A stretch of 64,000 nt of DNA from the NCBI RefSeq assembly GCF_006345805.1, contig NC_043006.1:41912001-41976000 (forward strand), given 5' to 3'. Each line of letters starts with the position of its first letter. The first letter of the stretch is position 1. The notes beneath the pieces are model-generated. The model was not told where the DNA came from and did no database searches. It was given only the letters and a program-made list of their open reading frames with translations. The translations under genes were made by a program, and so were the position numbers. The DNA is from Octopus sinensis. Lineage: Eukaryota. This document shows, in pieces, positions 36,801 to 49,932 of this stretch.

Positions 36801-38042
36801 AAAGATGGCAAGTTGGTAGGAACGTTAGAACGCTGGGCGAAATGCTTAGCGTTATTTCATCTATCTTTACGTTCCGAGTTCAAATCCCGCCGAGGTCGAC
36901 TTTACCTTTCATCCTTTCGCCTCGATAAATTAAGTACCAGTTGCGTACTGGAGCCGATGTAATCAACTACCCCCCGCTCCCTAAAAAAATTCGGGCTTTG
37001 TGCCTAGAATAGAAACGATTCTTATAAATGTGTTCCCTCTTTTACGTCAACTATTTCAAAGTTGTGAGAATCTGAGAATATGATGAGTATATTTTCTACT
37101 CTAGGCACAAAACCCGAAATTTTGTGGGAAGGGGGCCAGTCGATTACATTGACCCAGTAGGCAACCGGTACTTAATTTCTCTACCCCGAAAGGATGAAAG
37201 ACAAAGTCGACCTCGGCGGTATTTGAACGGCAGACGAAATATCTATTTCTTTACTACCAACAAGGGGCTAAACACAGAGGGGACGAACAAGGACAGACAA
37301 ACGGATTAAGTCGATTACATCGACCCCAATGCGTAACTGGTACTTAATTTATCGACCCCGAAAGGATGAAAGGCAAAGTCGAGCTCGGCAGAATTTGAAC
37401 TCAGAACGTTACGGCAGACGAAATACGGCTACGCATTTCGCCCGGCGGGCTAATGTTTCTGCCAGCTCGCCGCCTTTTGACAGACGAAATATCTATTTCT
37501 TTACTACCCACAAGGACTAAGCACAGAGCGGACAAACAAGGACAGACAAACGGATAAAGTCGATTATATCGACTCCAGTGCGTAACTGGTACTTATTTAA
37601 TCGACCCCGAAAGGATGAAAGGCAAAGTCGACCTCGGCGAAATTAGAACTTAGAAAGTAGCGGCAGACGAAATACCGCTAAGCATATCGTCTAGCGTGAT
37701 AACGTTTTAGCCAACTCGCTGCCTTAAAATAATGTTTTCTACTATAGACACAACATCTGAAATTTTGGGAGAGGGGATTAGTCGATTGTCTGTCCTTGTT
37801 TGTCCCCTCTGTGTGTAACCCCTTGTGGGCAGTAAAGAAATAAGTAACTTTAGCACGCCGGGCGAAATGCATAGCGATATTTCATCTGTACTTACGTTCT
37901 GAGTTCAAATTCCGCCGAGGTCGACTTTGCCTTTCATCCTTTCGAGAGCGATAAATTAAGTACCAGTTGTGTACTAGAGTCGATCTAATCGACTGGTCCA
38001 TTCTCCCAAAATGTCATGCCTCGTGCCTAAAGTAGAAAAGAA
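36801..38042. mobile_element. Dense SINE family B cluster: 36801-37020 (+), 37089-37480 (-, dimeric), 37481-37725 (-), fragments 37735-37845, 37845-38042 (+)
   Basis: Repeated core GTACTTAATTTATCGACCCCGAAAGGATGAAAGGCAAAGTCGA and its reverse complement. Confidence 0.9.
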
Positions 38043-38066
38043 TATTTACGACCTATTTATAAACAC

Positions 38067-38152
<86 letters not shown>

Positions 38153-39459
38153 ATGTTTATATACATATTTTTTCATACTGATATACCCGTGTATGTGTGC
38201 TTGTGAATCATTCATGCCCTTGTAGTGAGTGAGTGTGTTTGCGTTTGGATATATTGAAAAATTTTATCTTATCTATGAGACTTCCTATTTTCGGTGTCCA
38301 GCGGTAGATCATTTGCATACTTTTATATTTTTTTCCCCCGATACTGAATAAGAAGCGTAAATTGATGCATACTTTTTTTTACTAAATTACATGTGATATA
38401 CTTTCCGAAGTTCAGCAAGTTTAATGCAATATCACAGCTACAATACGATTAAGTATCTATATTTTCTTCGCCGTCGTTCTTGTTTTGTACATGATTATAG
38501 AGTGGATATTTCATTTTTTCTTGTAAGTAATCGTTACATGAAGTAGAGATATGTATTTTCTTGACAACATGCTGGAAAGTGTTCCTATGAAAAAGAAAAG
38601 TATCTTCGTAATGTTTTCGTTTGTATTTTTAGAATCATCTCAGAGTTTAGATGTCTAGCTTCGATGTCAAATAGATTTTAAGCCATTTACATTTTCAGTA
38701 TATTTAGTATTTCGGCATTTTTTTAACTGAAATACTTTAAGAACGCTTTTTTATGATTTTTAGAACGAGGTTTCTGTTAATGATATCATATGCAGTTGGA
38801 GTAATGGAGAAACCGAAACTCCGAATAAATATTAAAGTGGCAGGGTATATAGCGCCGTCCCTGTGTATACTGAGTTTAAGTCGCAGCTGTTTTACAATTA
38901 CAGCTTACCCGTAAAGAGTTGATAAAATACATCCTACTTCACCAGAGGTACTTCTCATTACGTAAAAATATTTATATCAGGTGGATGGCTGATCTCCATA
39001 ACAATGCATTGTTACTGTTACCGATCACATAAAACACTAGCACGTCTATTATGCTTGTATCAGATTGCTTATTAAATAGATATTTTGAAATAATCATGAG
39101 AATATATCTTAATATTTATTGTTTACTAATCTGATAAAGAACAGCAAGAACCGGTCAACGCCAGGTCATTCAGCTAGTATACTATATACAACAAATAACA
39201 ACATACATACAAACTTCTATATATATATTTGTCTATAGTCACATACATACAAACAAATACTATTTGTATAGATGAAGATTGTCATGAAGTGATGTGAACC
39301 AAAATTATCTTAACTAACACACAAAGTGCAGAATTCAACAGTCATTAACTACACTGAACAAAAAAAAAATGCAGTTAGGAAAGAGACTGATATATGTAAA
39401 CATACATATACACACAATTATATGCTATTATATATACATATGTAAATTATGTACATAAC

Positions 39460-39625
39460 CAAAACCGAGGAGGGCAGTGATGTGAGCGCAGAAGAGTTCC
39501 ACTGAGAAGTGTGTAGAAATGTTTACACTGCACCAGCTCATAACATGTTGTGGGTGACCTCAATGCACATCTGAGTAAGGAGAGCAGTGAACATCCTTGC
39601 TGGTACTTCAATAACAACACCCTTC
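39460..39625 (+). pseudogene. APE endonuclease fragment of an RTE-like LINE
   Basis: APAHNML-VGDLNAHLSK..YFNNNT across a frameshift matches the GDxNA motif region of RTE-type APE domains. Confidence 0.55.
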
Positions 39626-39965
39626 GAGTTTGGGGAACATTCCTATTCTTGCTTAACTTTATCGTAAATATCGAGGTAATCGTTCTCATGGAAAGCCATG
39701 AAAATAACCTTAACAAAAAATACGTTTTCTTTTTTAATCGGAGGGGATATTGATGATTAAGTAATCTAACCCAATCAATTTTTTCTCTCGTAACGTAGAT
39801 GTTCGAGGGTATTCTTCTAGCTTTTAATGACCAGGTATTTATAGATAACCTTTACTCTTGAATGGTGTAGTCAAAGCTGATTAGCAGCTTATAGCACACA
39901 CAGGCACACACAGTCACACACAGATACACATTTATATACACATATATACATATATATATATAATA

Positions 39966-40145
39966 TAGTTGGAATTTACAAAACAAAAACAAAACAAAGG
40001 ACGAGGACGGGTGTGTAAACAACAAACAGGTGTATTAGTTTGACGCTCTGGAAGTTAGAAAGTCTTTTACGTTTCGAGCTTACGCTCTTCAAGTGAAAGG
40101 AACACAGAAATAAATAGAGAAAATTAAAGAATAAATTAAAGGATA
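39966..40145 (-). repeat. Inverse copy of the 35973 family with a degenerate hammerhead-like motif (40064-40099)
   Basis: The minus strand reads CUUU-CACUUGA-A-GAGC(GUAA)GCUC-GAAA-CG-UA-AAAG. Stems I and II are intact but the CUGANGA core is mutated. Confidence 0.6.
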
Positions 40146-40150
40146 ATAAA

Positions 40151-40600
40151 GGCGCAGGAGTGGCTGTGTGGTAAGTAGCTTGTTTACCAACCACATGGTT
40201 CCGAGTTCAATCCCACTGCGTGGCACTTTGAGCAAGTGTCTTCTACTATAGCCTCGGGCCGAACAAAGCCTTGTGAGTGGATTTGGTAGACGGAAACTGA
40301 AAGAAGCCCGTCGTATATATGTATATATATATGCGTATGTGTGTTTGTGTGTCTGTGTTTGTCCCCCTAGCATTGCTTGACAACCGATGCTGGTGTGTTT
40401 ATGTCCCCGTTACCTAGCGGTTCGGCAAAAGAGACCGATAGAATAAGTACTAGGCTTACAAAAGAATAAGTCCCTGGGCTTACAAAAGAATAAGTCCCTG
40501 GGCTTACAAAAGAATAAGTTGCTCGATTAAAGGCGGTGTTCCTGCATGGCCGCAGTCAAATGACTGAAACAAGTAAAAGAGTAAAAGAGAGAGTAAAGAG
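40151..40600 (+). mobile_element. Full-length SINE family A with an internal 24-bp triplication
   Basis: Runs from GGCGCAGGAGTGGCTGTGTGG to the GTAAAAGAG tail. GGCTTACAAAAGAATAAGTCCCTG is repeated at 40453-40518. Confidence 0.92.
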
Positions 40601-40688
40601 TAATAGGTTTAGTGGCTAGAGACTAATCATGGCGAATGCCGGAAAACGGGGATCAGGCAGGAGTGCTAGGAATATCTCTTCGATCTTC

Positions 40689-40928
40689 AAAGTGGGTATC
40701 TTTGGACAACTGCATCAAAACCTCCAGCTTCTATATCCAGACTATGAATTCAAATTCAGACCAATGATAATTGGAACACTAGGTTTTGTTAGTAAATGCT
40801 TAAAGGAGAATCTGGATAACCTGGCATTTTCAGAAAGAAAAATCGATTAGATTATTCGTACATTAAAAGTGCAGTCTGTAAATGGAACAGTAAAAGTATG
40901 CAAGATATTTCTCAAGTTACAAATGTGA
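40689..40928 (+). pseudogene. C-terminal fragment of an RLE-type (R4/NeSL-like) non-LTR retrotransposon
   Basis: GIFGQLHQNLQLLYPDYEFKFRPMIIGTLGFV...ID*IIRTLKVQSVNGTVKVCKIFLK in one frame with one stop. It resembles the PxIIGALG region that follows the restriction-like endonuclease. Confidence 0.5.
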
Positions 40929-41556
40929 ATTTGTCTGTGTTAACTACATCCCAAAGAGGAAAACTTTTATCTTTGTTGGAAACCTGCTCCCTCCCTCCTC
41001 AGTGGAAGATTTATAATGATTAAAAAATAGACCTGACATATACCTACATATATACACACAGACATACACACGAACATAGGCACAGTCACTTTATCGTAAT
41101 TCATTCTTTTATTAACACGAACTTCTACCAGTTAATATTTACCTATCTCCTCCCTCCCCTATTTCTCTCTCTCTCTCCTCTCTTCATATATATATTATAT
41201 ATATATATAATATATATATATATATAAATATACTTACACTGTATGACTAATGGCTTCATCAAATAAACGTTTTTTTGCCTAGATAACTCATTCTTGACAT
41301 GAGTTTGATTTAATAAATTACTAAGCGTTAACAGTGATCGTTAAGACGTAACCTCTTAACCTGTAATGTACTACAGAATATATCAGTAAATTGTGCTTAT
41401 TTATCAAAATACATACCCAAACACTTGTGTGTGTATGTGTGCATGTGTTTGTCAGAGTGCGTGTGAGGTACAGGTGTGTATCTTGTGTAAATATATATAT
41501 ATTATATATGTATATATGTATATATGTATATATATAATAATACTATATATATATAG

Positions 41557-41600
<44 letters not shown>

Positions 41601-41670
41601 GCTTACGTGTACATATTTATAAATCTAGACGTGTAAGAATTATGTCAGGCAAATATAGATAGATAGATAA

Positions 41671-41708
<38 letters not shown>

Positions 41709-41711
41709 GAT

Positions 41712-41756
<45 letters not shown>

Positions 41757-42159
41757 GTATTTGCAAGTTAGTTTATATAGTTAAGTTTAGCATGTAGACG
41801 TAGGCATGTCCGTGTGGTTGGTAAAATAAATGTAAGTATTCGGTCATTGGGAATATTCGTGCATTACTGCATCAGGTTACAGATAAAGCTATTTTCAGTA
41901 CTGTTCAATTTTATCTCATCCCAGATGATTTCAGTATGAACGTAGCCATAATATGATGAAAACAGGTCTTTTAATAATAATTACGCTATATATTTCTCAG
42001 ATTATATACTTCTGATGTCATTGTAGGTTAAAACTGAAGTATTAGATGTAACTACGCATAGATGAGGTCATGTAAATAAATGTACGCTGTGGTTTGGTCT
42101 GCGACAAAACGACAATCGTAGCGAAAATCCAGCATCATTTTTCCCTCCAGGAATAAAGA

Positions 42160-42259
42160 NNNNNNNNNNNNNNNNNNNNNNNNNNNNNNNNNNNNNNNNN
42201 NNNNNNNNNNNNNNNNNNNNNNNNNNNNNNNNNNNNNNNNNNNNNNNNNNNNNNNNNNN
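42160..42259. other. Assembly gap (100 N)
   Basis: Exactly 100 N, typical of a scaffold join of unknown size. Confidence 0.99.
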
Positions 42260-42650
42260 GAAGAATAAAAAATGGTAATTGATCAGGTGAGCCAAAACAA
42301 TAAACGATATTGAAAAGTAAATTATCGAAAACTGAATAGATCTCTCTCTCTCTCTCTCTCTCTCAGCCCTACAATTTCCATGCCTCATTTGACATATCAT
42401 TTTCCACCTCGTTTCCTACCTTCTCCCCTCTTTCTCTCTTTCCTCCCACTGCTACTTCCCAGCTTCTTCCTGATGTCGAATACGTTTTCCGTTATGATAA
42501 GATTGCCTTTAAGAATTATTATTCCATTCATCTTCGGCAATTCATTTCTTTATTGATCATCAAATCATTATATTTTAAATTCTATTTGTTGTTAGGTGAC
42601 TATTTTGCTCTGTTGAATGTAGTTTCTCGTTTTTTTTAAGGCCAGTTTTC

Positions 42651-42693
<43 letters not shown>

Positions 42694-42695
42694 AT

Positions 42696-42754
<59 letters not shown>

Positions 42755-42929
42755 ACTGAAACAACAATAAGCGTAGAAATATATCATAACAACAAGCTCG
42801 TTTGTCTAGACTACGTTCACCGTGCGAGATATTTCGATTATTCACTAATATACTTTATTTTGGATAATATTGAAAATTCCAATTTTCAGTTTCTTCTGTT
42901 ACGTTTGCAAAACTTTGAGAATTAGATTA

Positions 42930-43230
42930 GACTCCAAAGAAATTGAAAATAAAAAGTCGAGAAATATCAGAACCCAGCCAGAGAGATGAAGAGATTGTAG
43001 AAGACAAATGCGACAATTGTTTCTGTTGTAATTGTTGCATTTGGCACAATATTTTAACTGCTACCTCAACAGCTGAACGATAGTGAAACTGTAACTCGCA
43101 ATCTCGAAAAATGCTGTCCTATATTCTACAAGAATCCTAAGAAAGATTTTTGAGATTTGAGAAAATTTGTCACCAAACTTCAAGACCACGACTAATATAT
43201 GTAGTAATCATAAGAATTATCATAATAATG
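42930..43230 (+). pseudogene. 3' end of an R4/Dong-like RLE LINE
   Basis: KVEKYQNPAREMKRL*KTNATIVSVVIVAFGTI then KNAVLYSTRILRKIFEI* (TGA 43158-43160), followed by a decayed TAA-rich tail. Confidence 0.65.
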
Positions 43231-43233
43231 CAG

Positions 43234-44325
43234 TACCACGCACTGACTCTCATGGCTTCTAATCCTAACTGATTGGAAGTGTTAACATGTACGTTTTGCC
43301 TTAGAGTAAAAGACAGGCAACATCAAATATTCTTCTCTATACCACAAATCTGTTTGTCAATTATTTGACCTCCAGTTGAGTATGTCCCTTAGTGGGTGAT
43401 GATATGAGCATTTCTGATTAAGACCAGGAGTCGTGGGAGCATCACAGCATGAGTTTAAGGGGAATTCTTAAGGGTTTGAATAATTCAGCCCTGGAATCTT
43501 ATGGTTTCATTCAACTCGAGTATCCCATCCCGCTCTTTGAGCCCTACATAATTTTGAGCCCTACTTGCAAAATTATGCGCTGTTTATCTTCATATGACGT
43601 CGCATATGGTTGAGATGCATGTAACTGGTGTACACTTGTCAGACGGGTATTCATCGCTGGTATACTGATTGCATGTGCTGCTCTTTGTTTCTTTATTATT
43701 ATTGCAAAATAATAATAATAATAATATAATAATAATAAAATAATAATATAATAATAATAATAATAATAATATAATAATAATAATACACTACCAGGCAGTG
43801 GTTCTCATGGCTTCTAATCTTAACTGATTGGAAGTGTTATCATGTACATTGTTTTGTCTTGGTATAAAAGATGGGCTACAGCAAATATTCTGCTCAATAC
43901 CAAAGATTTGCTTGTCAGTTGTTTGACCTTAACCAGTTGCGTATGTCTCTTAGTAACTGACGATATGTGCATCTCTGATCATGAGCAGAAGTAGTGGGGG
44001 AGCATCCTAGCCATGTGTTGTGAGGGAATTTTTGAGGTTTGAATAATTCACTTCTGCAAACATTGGTGTTTCATTCATCATCCTTCAACAACCTTTATTC
44101 AGAGACCTTTTGAGCAGGGTGGGTTGCAGAAAATTCTAACAGGGCTCCACCTGCAAGGTTACGCGCTGTTTATCTTGATATGAGATTAATATATCACGCA
44201 CATATGGTCGTGATGCATGTGCCTGGTGTAACTTTATCAGATGGGTAGTCATGATGGGTATACTGGGCTTCGTATATTTGTATCTCAGTGTCACTTAGAT
44301 GGCATGAACTGCTCTCACATACACT
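43234..44325. mobile_element. Two tandem copies (43234-43690, 43789-44325) of a ~500-bp interspersed repeat embedded in (AAT)n
   Basis: Both start TACCA.GCA.TG..TCTCATGGCTTCTAATC.TAACTGATTGGAAGTGTTA and share CGCTGTTTATCTT.ATATGA and CATATGGT. They are separated and followed by AAT/CTA tracts. Confidence 0.8.
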
Positions 44326-44333
44326 ACTACTCT

Positions 44334-44368
<35 letters not shown>

Positions 44369-44378
44369 GCTACTACTG

Positions 44379-44465
<87 letters not shown>

Positions 44466-44589
44466 GATTAAATATTGGCAGAGAATCAGCAAGGCAAAAA
44501 TCTCATCGGTGGAATTTGTTCTCAGAGCAGAGGAAAAGTTGCAAGGCATTTCATCCGCTTTTCCTACTATTCTGCCAGGTTTTTTATAA

Positions 44590-45265
44590 TAGTCTCAAAT
44601 TTTGGCGCCAGGCCAGTAATTTTTTAAGCGAAGCGCAAGTCATTTACATCCAGCCTGATACTTGAATGGTGCTTATTTTATCAACATTGATAGGCGGCGA
44701 GCTGGCAGAAACGTTAGCTCGACGGGCGAAATGCTTAGCTGTCCTTACATTTTGAGTTCCGCCGAGGTCGAATTTGCCTTCATCCATAGGCGTAGGAGTG
44801 GCTGTGTGGTAAGTAGCTTGCTTACCAACCACATGCTTCCGGGTTCAGTTCCACTGCGTTGCACCTTGGGCAAGTGTCTTCTACTACAGCCTCGGGCCGA
44901 GTAAAGCCTTGTGAGTGGATTTGGGAGACGGAAACTGAAAGAAGCCCGTCGTATATATGTATATGTACATGAGTGTGTGTATATGTCGCTTGACAACTCA
45001 TGCTTGTGTGTTTACGTCCCCGTAACTTAGCGGTTCGGCAAAAGAGACCTATGGAATAAGTACTAGGCTTACAAAGAATAAGTCCTGGGGTCGATTTGCT
45101 CGACTAAAAGGCGGTGCTCCAGCATGGCCACAGTCAAATGACTGAAACAAGTAAAAGAGTAAAAGAGTTAAGAATAAAGAGGATGAAAGGCTAAATTGAC
45201 ATCGGCGGAATTAGAACCTAGAACGTACAAACCGACGAAATGCCACTTAGCATTTTATCCGAAAG
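44590..45265. mobile_element. SINE cluster: B fragment (-), B head 44692-44787 (+), full A 44788-45168 (+), B fragment 45180-45265 (-)
   Basis: Family heads, cores and tails as in other copies. Confidence 0.85.
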
Positions 45266-45699
45266 GAAAAAAAACCGTAACAAACATGAGCTTAGCTATG
45301 AAATGATTATTGAATGAAAATGTGTGACAGAAATGGCAGTGCAAGTGGCAACCGTGCATACAAAATGAAATCATATCCTTTTACATCTATGTATTTCAGA
45401 ATTCGTAATTCACGAAAGATAACTCCTGCTATTCTACTTATACATATATTTCTGCATGTTTTTGTTTTTCGTCATTCCTAAAGCATCTTTTATTACCGAG
45501 ATTGTTTCTATTTTCAGGCTTAATATTCGGGTTTATATGTAGAGGTTTATATTCAGATAATTTCTCCCCCTTTTGGCGATGTATTACCATCTGTATGGGC
45601 TGATAGCAAGCTACATTATCAGTAGCTTGCAACACCAGTCATTATTAACGTTGTCAACCAGTTTCATTTTCCTTCTCGCATTTTTTTTTGCGCTCAAAT

Positions 45700-45903
45700 A
45701 TTCTTCTTCTTCTTCTTCTTCTTCTTCTTCTTCTTCTTCTTCTTCTTCTTCTTCTTCTTCTTCTTCTTCTTCTTCTTTTTCTTCTTCTTCTTCTTCTTCT
45801 TCTTCTTCTCCTGCTCCTCCTTGCTGCTTTCGCTACAACTACTACAACAATGACAACAACTACAACAATTACAACAGTCATTATTACTACTACTACTACT
45901 TAC

Positions 45904-45979
<76 letters not shown>

Positions 45980-46020
45980 GATAATAACAATAACAACAAC
46001 AACAGCAGTAATAATGATAA
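45700..46020. repeat. (TTC)n and mixed ACA/TAC/AAT/TTA trinucleotide tracts
   Basis: Direct reading. They are the source of the polyS, polyR and polyL ORFs. Confidence 0.95.
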
Positions 46021-46546
46021 TACCATTATTCCTACGCAGCTTCTTTTTCATAGAATTTCAAAATGTATTGTAGTTGTTTATATTATTATAATATCAAATT
46101 AAATAACGAATGAAGCAAAAAAAAAAAGGAAAGAAAGAAGGAAGACAAAAAATATTATTTTGGGTCAGTTTTATTCATATTTTTAATGGCGGAAATATCT
46201 TTCTCTTATTTGCTCGTTATATTTTTAAATCTTCCATGCATCATTTAAAAAATTCCAGATGCAATTAACGTTGATGGCTTTTTAAATATGACATAAAATT
46301 ATCTTTTCATAATTTATTATGGTCATTATGTATATGCCGCATTTATGCATGGATGTATATAAATATACATACACACACAAATAAGCAGAAGCAAGGACAT
46401 GTGTGTGTAAATGTATGTAAATATATATATATATGTATATATATGCTTATAAAAATATATATATGTTTATGTGTGTTTATATCTATATCTATCTTTCAAT
46501 CTATCTATTTATCAATGTATATCTGTCTATATATATTCATACACAT

Positions 46547-46611
<65 letters not shown>

Positions 46612-47685
46612 TTATTACGTATTACATTACATATTTATATGTACATACATAAATATATATACATATATATTTTTTTTTACGCATATGTATATGTATGCGC
46701 ATTACATTACATTACATATTTATATATTTATATGTACATACATATATATATATATATTTGTGCATATGTATGTAAATATATATATATATATGTATGTATG
46801 TATATGTGTATGTATGTCTATATAAACATACCGATATGTGCATTATAATTATAAATATACTTAAAACAATCAAGCATAACACATGTGCATGTGTGTGAAC
46901 TTATAGGAGCCCATCAACACCACCCGCGTACAAACTCATGCATCTCATGCGAAAAACGTAGCACACATACGCTCCTGCTCATTTGTTGTAACAATCTAGT
47001 TAACACGCACTGTACTGGAGACTGGCGTGGAATTAGCCGTTATGATTGCTGTCAGAGAAACAAAGAAGCAGAAACAACGGTTTGTGCCAGCTGATATAAC
47101 GCCAAGGAAATATTTATAGCACACCCACTCTCACACATGTCGTAAATAATGTATACAAATATGAGTAATAAAGTACAGCCTCTGGTTTATATTTCTGATT
47201 TATATAGAATTTATATCCTTAATCTATCACCCGGTTTCCGATTATATGAAATAGTGAAAACATATATTTTTTCCAATACCCCGGAGTTGCTTTCACAAGA
47301 GACAGTTCCGTGCGGAAGTGTAACAACCACTCCATTATTATATTTCCCTCGTTGCTGGTACTAGAGCATGTGTGGATGGTGTAGTCTCAATAGATGACTG
47401 GAGGCGTTGTTGCATAGTTTCGTATGAACTTCACCCTTTCATTATTTGTATTAGTTCTGTAGTTCAGAAAGCAATATATTGCATTGTAAATACAATTTCC
47501 GTAAAATATCGTTACGCTCCCACACCGGTTGCATCAAATTCAGAATCTTGTGTTAGAGGCTTGAACCGTTTCGTTTCACTTCATGTATTACCAGATCAAT
47601 ATCATAACTCTCGCCCTATCATATGACGCTTCCACTGGACAAACGCTTATAAAGCTTTTAATATATTTAGTAGTATATCGTAGTT

Positions 47686-47773
47686 GCATAACGAAATACA
47701 ATGTCCCTACCAGCAATATGTACATACCGGTTACAAGGAATGTACTTAATATGTAAAATCGGTACATCCAATA
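47686..47773 (+). repeat. ~88-bp local dispersed repeat (copies 49401-49488 and partial 49794-49838)
   Basis: GCATAACGAAATACA.TGTCCCTACCAGCAATATGT.CATACCGGTTACAAGGAAT...AATCGGTACATCCAATA. Confidence 0.85.
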
Positions 47774-47809
47774 CCTGAATTCATTTCTGTAAATAAAAAT
47801 GAAGACGTC

Positions 47810-48031
47810 GGTTGTGATCCAGTGACCTATTATGGTATACGGGACACTATTATAGAGCATTCATGATCCACTTAATATATGCAATCGAAATGCGATATGG
47901 TTCGTTTCATTTCACTCACTGGTTGTGATCCAGTGACCTATTATGGAATACGGGACACTATTATAGAGCATTCATGATCCACTTAATATATGCAATCGAA
48001 ATGCGATATGGTTCGTTTCATTTCACTCACT
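47810..48031 (+). repeat. 111-bp tandem duplication
   Basis: Units 47810-47920 and 47921-48031 differ by one base that I could see (GGTATAC/GGAATAC). Confidence 0.93.
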
Positions 48032-48700
48032 GTTCACAATAAATATTCCCATTGAGTACATTCTGCTGCTGTAATCTTTTATTTGTTATCGTTTAGTCAA
48101 AGAAAAATGGTAAATGCTATTGACAGGGATCGAGACATCAGACACTTGTAGAAAGAACGAAAGCAAATGGGACCTGGCTTGAATGTTTGAAATAGAATAG
48201 GTTCTGCAAGTGATAAATAAGTAGCATGGTACTTGTGTGATGAATTAGTGTTTCGGATGTCTTCACACAGGATTATAATCTTAATCATGGGGTTAAGAGA
48301 TGAATTGTCAGTATCACGTCGTTTATTCTAAACTAACTTCCGGAAGACGGAGTTTTCAGCTGTTTTCAACAGCACTTTAGCTATAATAATCTTCCTTTAA
48401 CCTGCTGAAACACTGAACCGTAAGAATAATCCTAATAGAATGATGCAGGGGCAGTATTGATAAGGTTAACAATTACTGATCTGGGCAACATATTCTTGGG
48501 TGTTTTTCTCTGCTATATTACTGAAATTTTACTGAATATATCGCATAGCAATATTTCGTTCAAATATATATTCTTGATTACTGTATTCTAATCAAAATTC
48601 TCTGACTACCCACAAGGCAATTTGATTTCTTTTTGCAGACGGTAAAGTTCAACGTTATTAAATTTACCCTTTTCTTCTAAATCATATTGAATTTCTATCT

Positions 48701-49124
48701 AAAGCGGTGAGCTGGTATGATAGCTAAGTCGCCGGTAAATATGCTTAGCGCTATCTCTTCTGACATAACGTTCTGAGTTCAAATTCCGCCGAAGCTAACT
48801 TTGCCTTTCATCTGTTCGGGGTTTGTAAAATAAGTACCAGTTGAGCACTGAGGTCGATGTAATTGATGTAACCCTTCCCCGAAATTACTGGCCTTTCGCC
48901 ATAACTTGAAACTAATATTTCTGTCTACTTTTCTCCATTTCTTTCCATATCTCTATCCATTTCTCTCCTTTTTCAAATATTTTCGCATATCTGATTCTTG
49001 TTTATATACATCAATCAGAGAACTCGTAAAAATATAAACTTTCATACCACAGTTAGATCACAAAACGCATTTCATGATAAAATCATTTTTGCACTTCCTA
49101 CCTTATCTTATTTTCCTTATATAT

Positions 49125-49195
<71 letters not shown>

Positions 49196-49355
49196 GCAGG
49201 AGTGGCTGCGTGGTATGTAGCTTTCTTACCAACCACATGGTTCCGGGTTCAGTCCCATTCTGTGGCACCTTGGGCAAGTGTCTTCTACTATAGCCTCGGC
49301 CCGACCAAAGCCTTGTGAGTGGATTTGATAGACTGAAACTGAAAGAAGCCCGTCG

Positions 49356-49360
<5 letters not shown>
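48701..49360 (+). mobile_element. SINE B (48701-48910) and SINE A head/body (49193-49360)
   Basis: GTTCTGAGTTCAAATTCCGCCGAAG..CTTTGCCTTTCATC; GACGCAGGAGTGGCTGCGTGG..GGCACCTTGGGCAAGTG. Confidence 0.85.
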
Positions 49361-49402
<42 letters not shown>

Positions 49403-49860
49403 ATAACGAAATACAGTGTCCCTACCAGCAATATGTGCATACCGGTTACAAGGAATTTAATTAATATGTTAAATCGGTACATCCAATAGTGTTACACCGC
49501 CATATTTAGGCGTTATTTAAGGAATGAGTACGTTGATAGGTAATGGCTTGTATGTAGTACAGAGGAAAGAGCAATAACTCCTGAAATAAGCATAGACACA
49601 CATTACCTATTTTTTCCATCTTCTCCTACGTTGTTTACATTACATGTATTCGGATATGAAACGTCGTAACAAATCAGTGCAGGATATGATAATTTCTACA
49701 GACGATCTGTGCAGATAACCTTAAAATGTCATTTAATATCACTGCTAACACAGTAGGACACATTATTCTCTTATTATGCTTTTAATACACTTGGTAGTAT
49801 ATTACAGTTGCATAAAAAAATACTGTGTCCCTACCGGCAAATTATTTACATATATATATA

Positions 49861-49930
<70 letters not shown>

Positions 49931-49932
49931 GT

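Noticed and set aside
42160-42259. Continuity of features across the N run
   Set aside because: It is a fixed-length scaffold gap, so the distance and adjacency between the two sides are unknown.
47810-48031. CRISPR-like or other repeat-spacer array
   Set aside because: These are contiguous tandem duplications without spacers, in a eukaryotic context. No repeat-spacer array was seen anywhere in the window.
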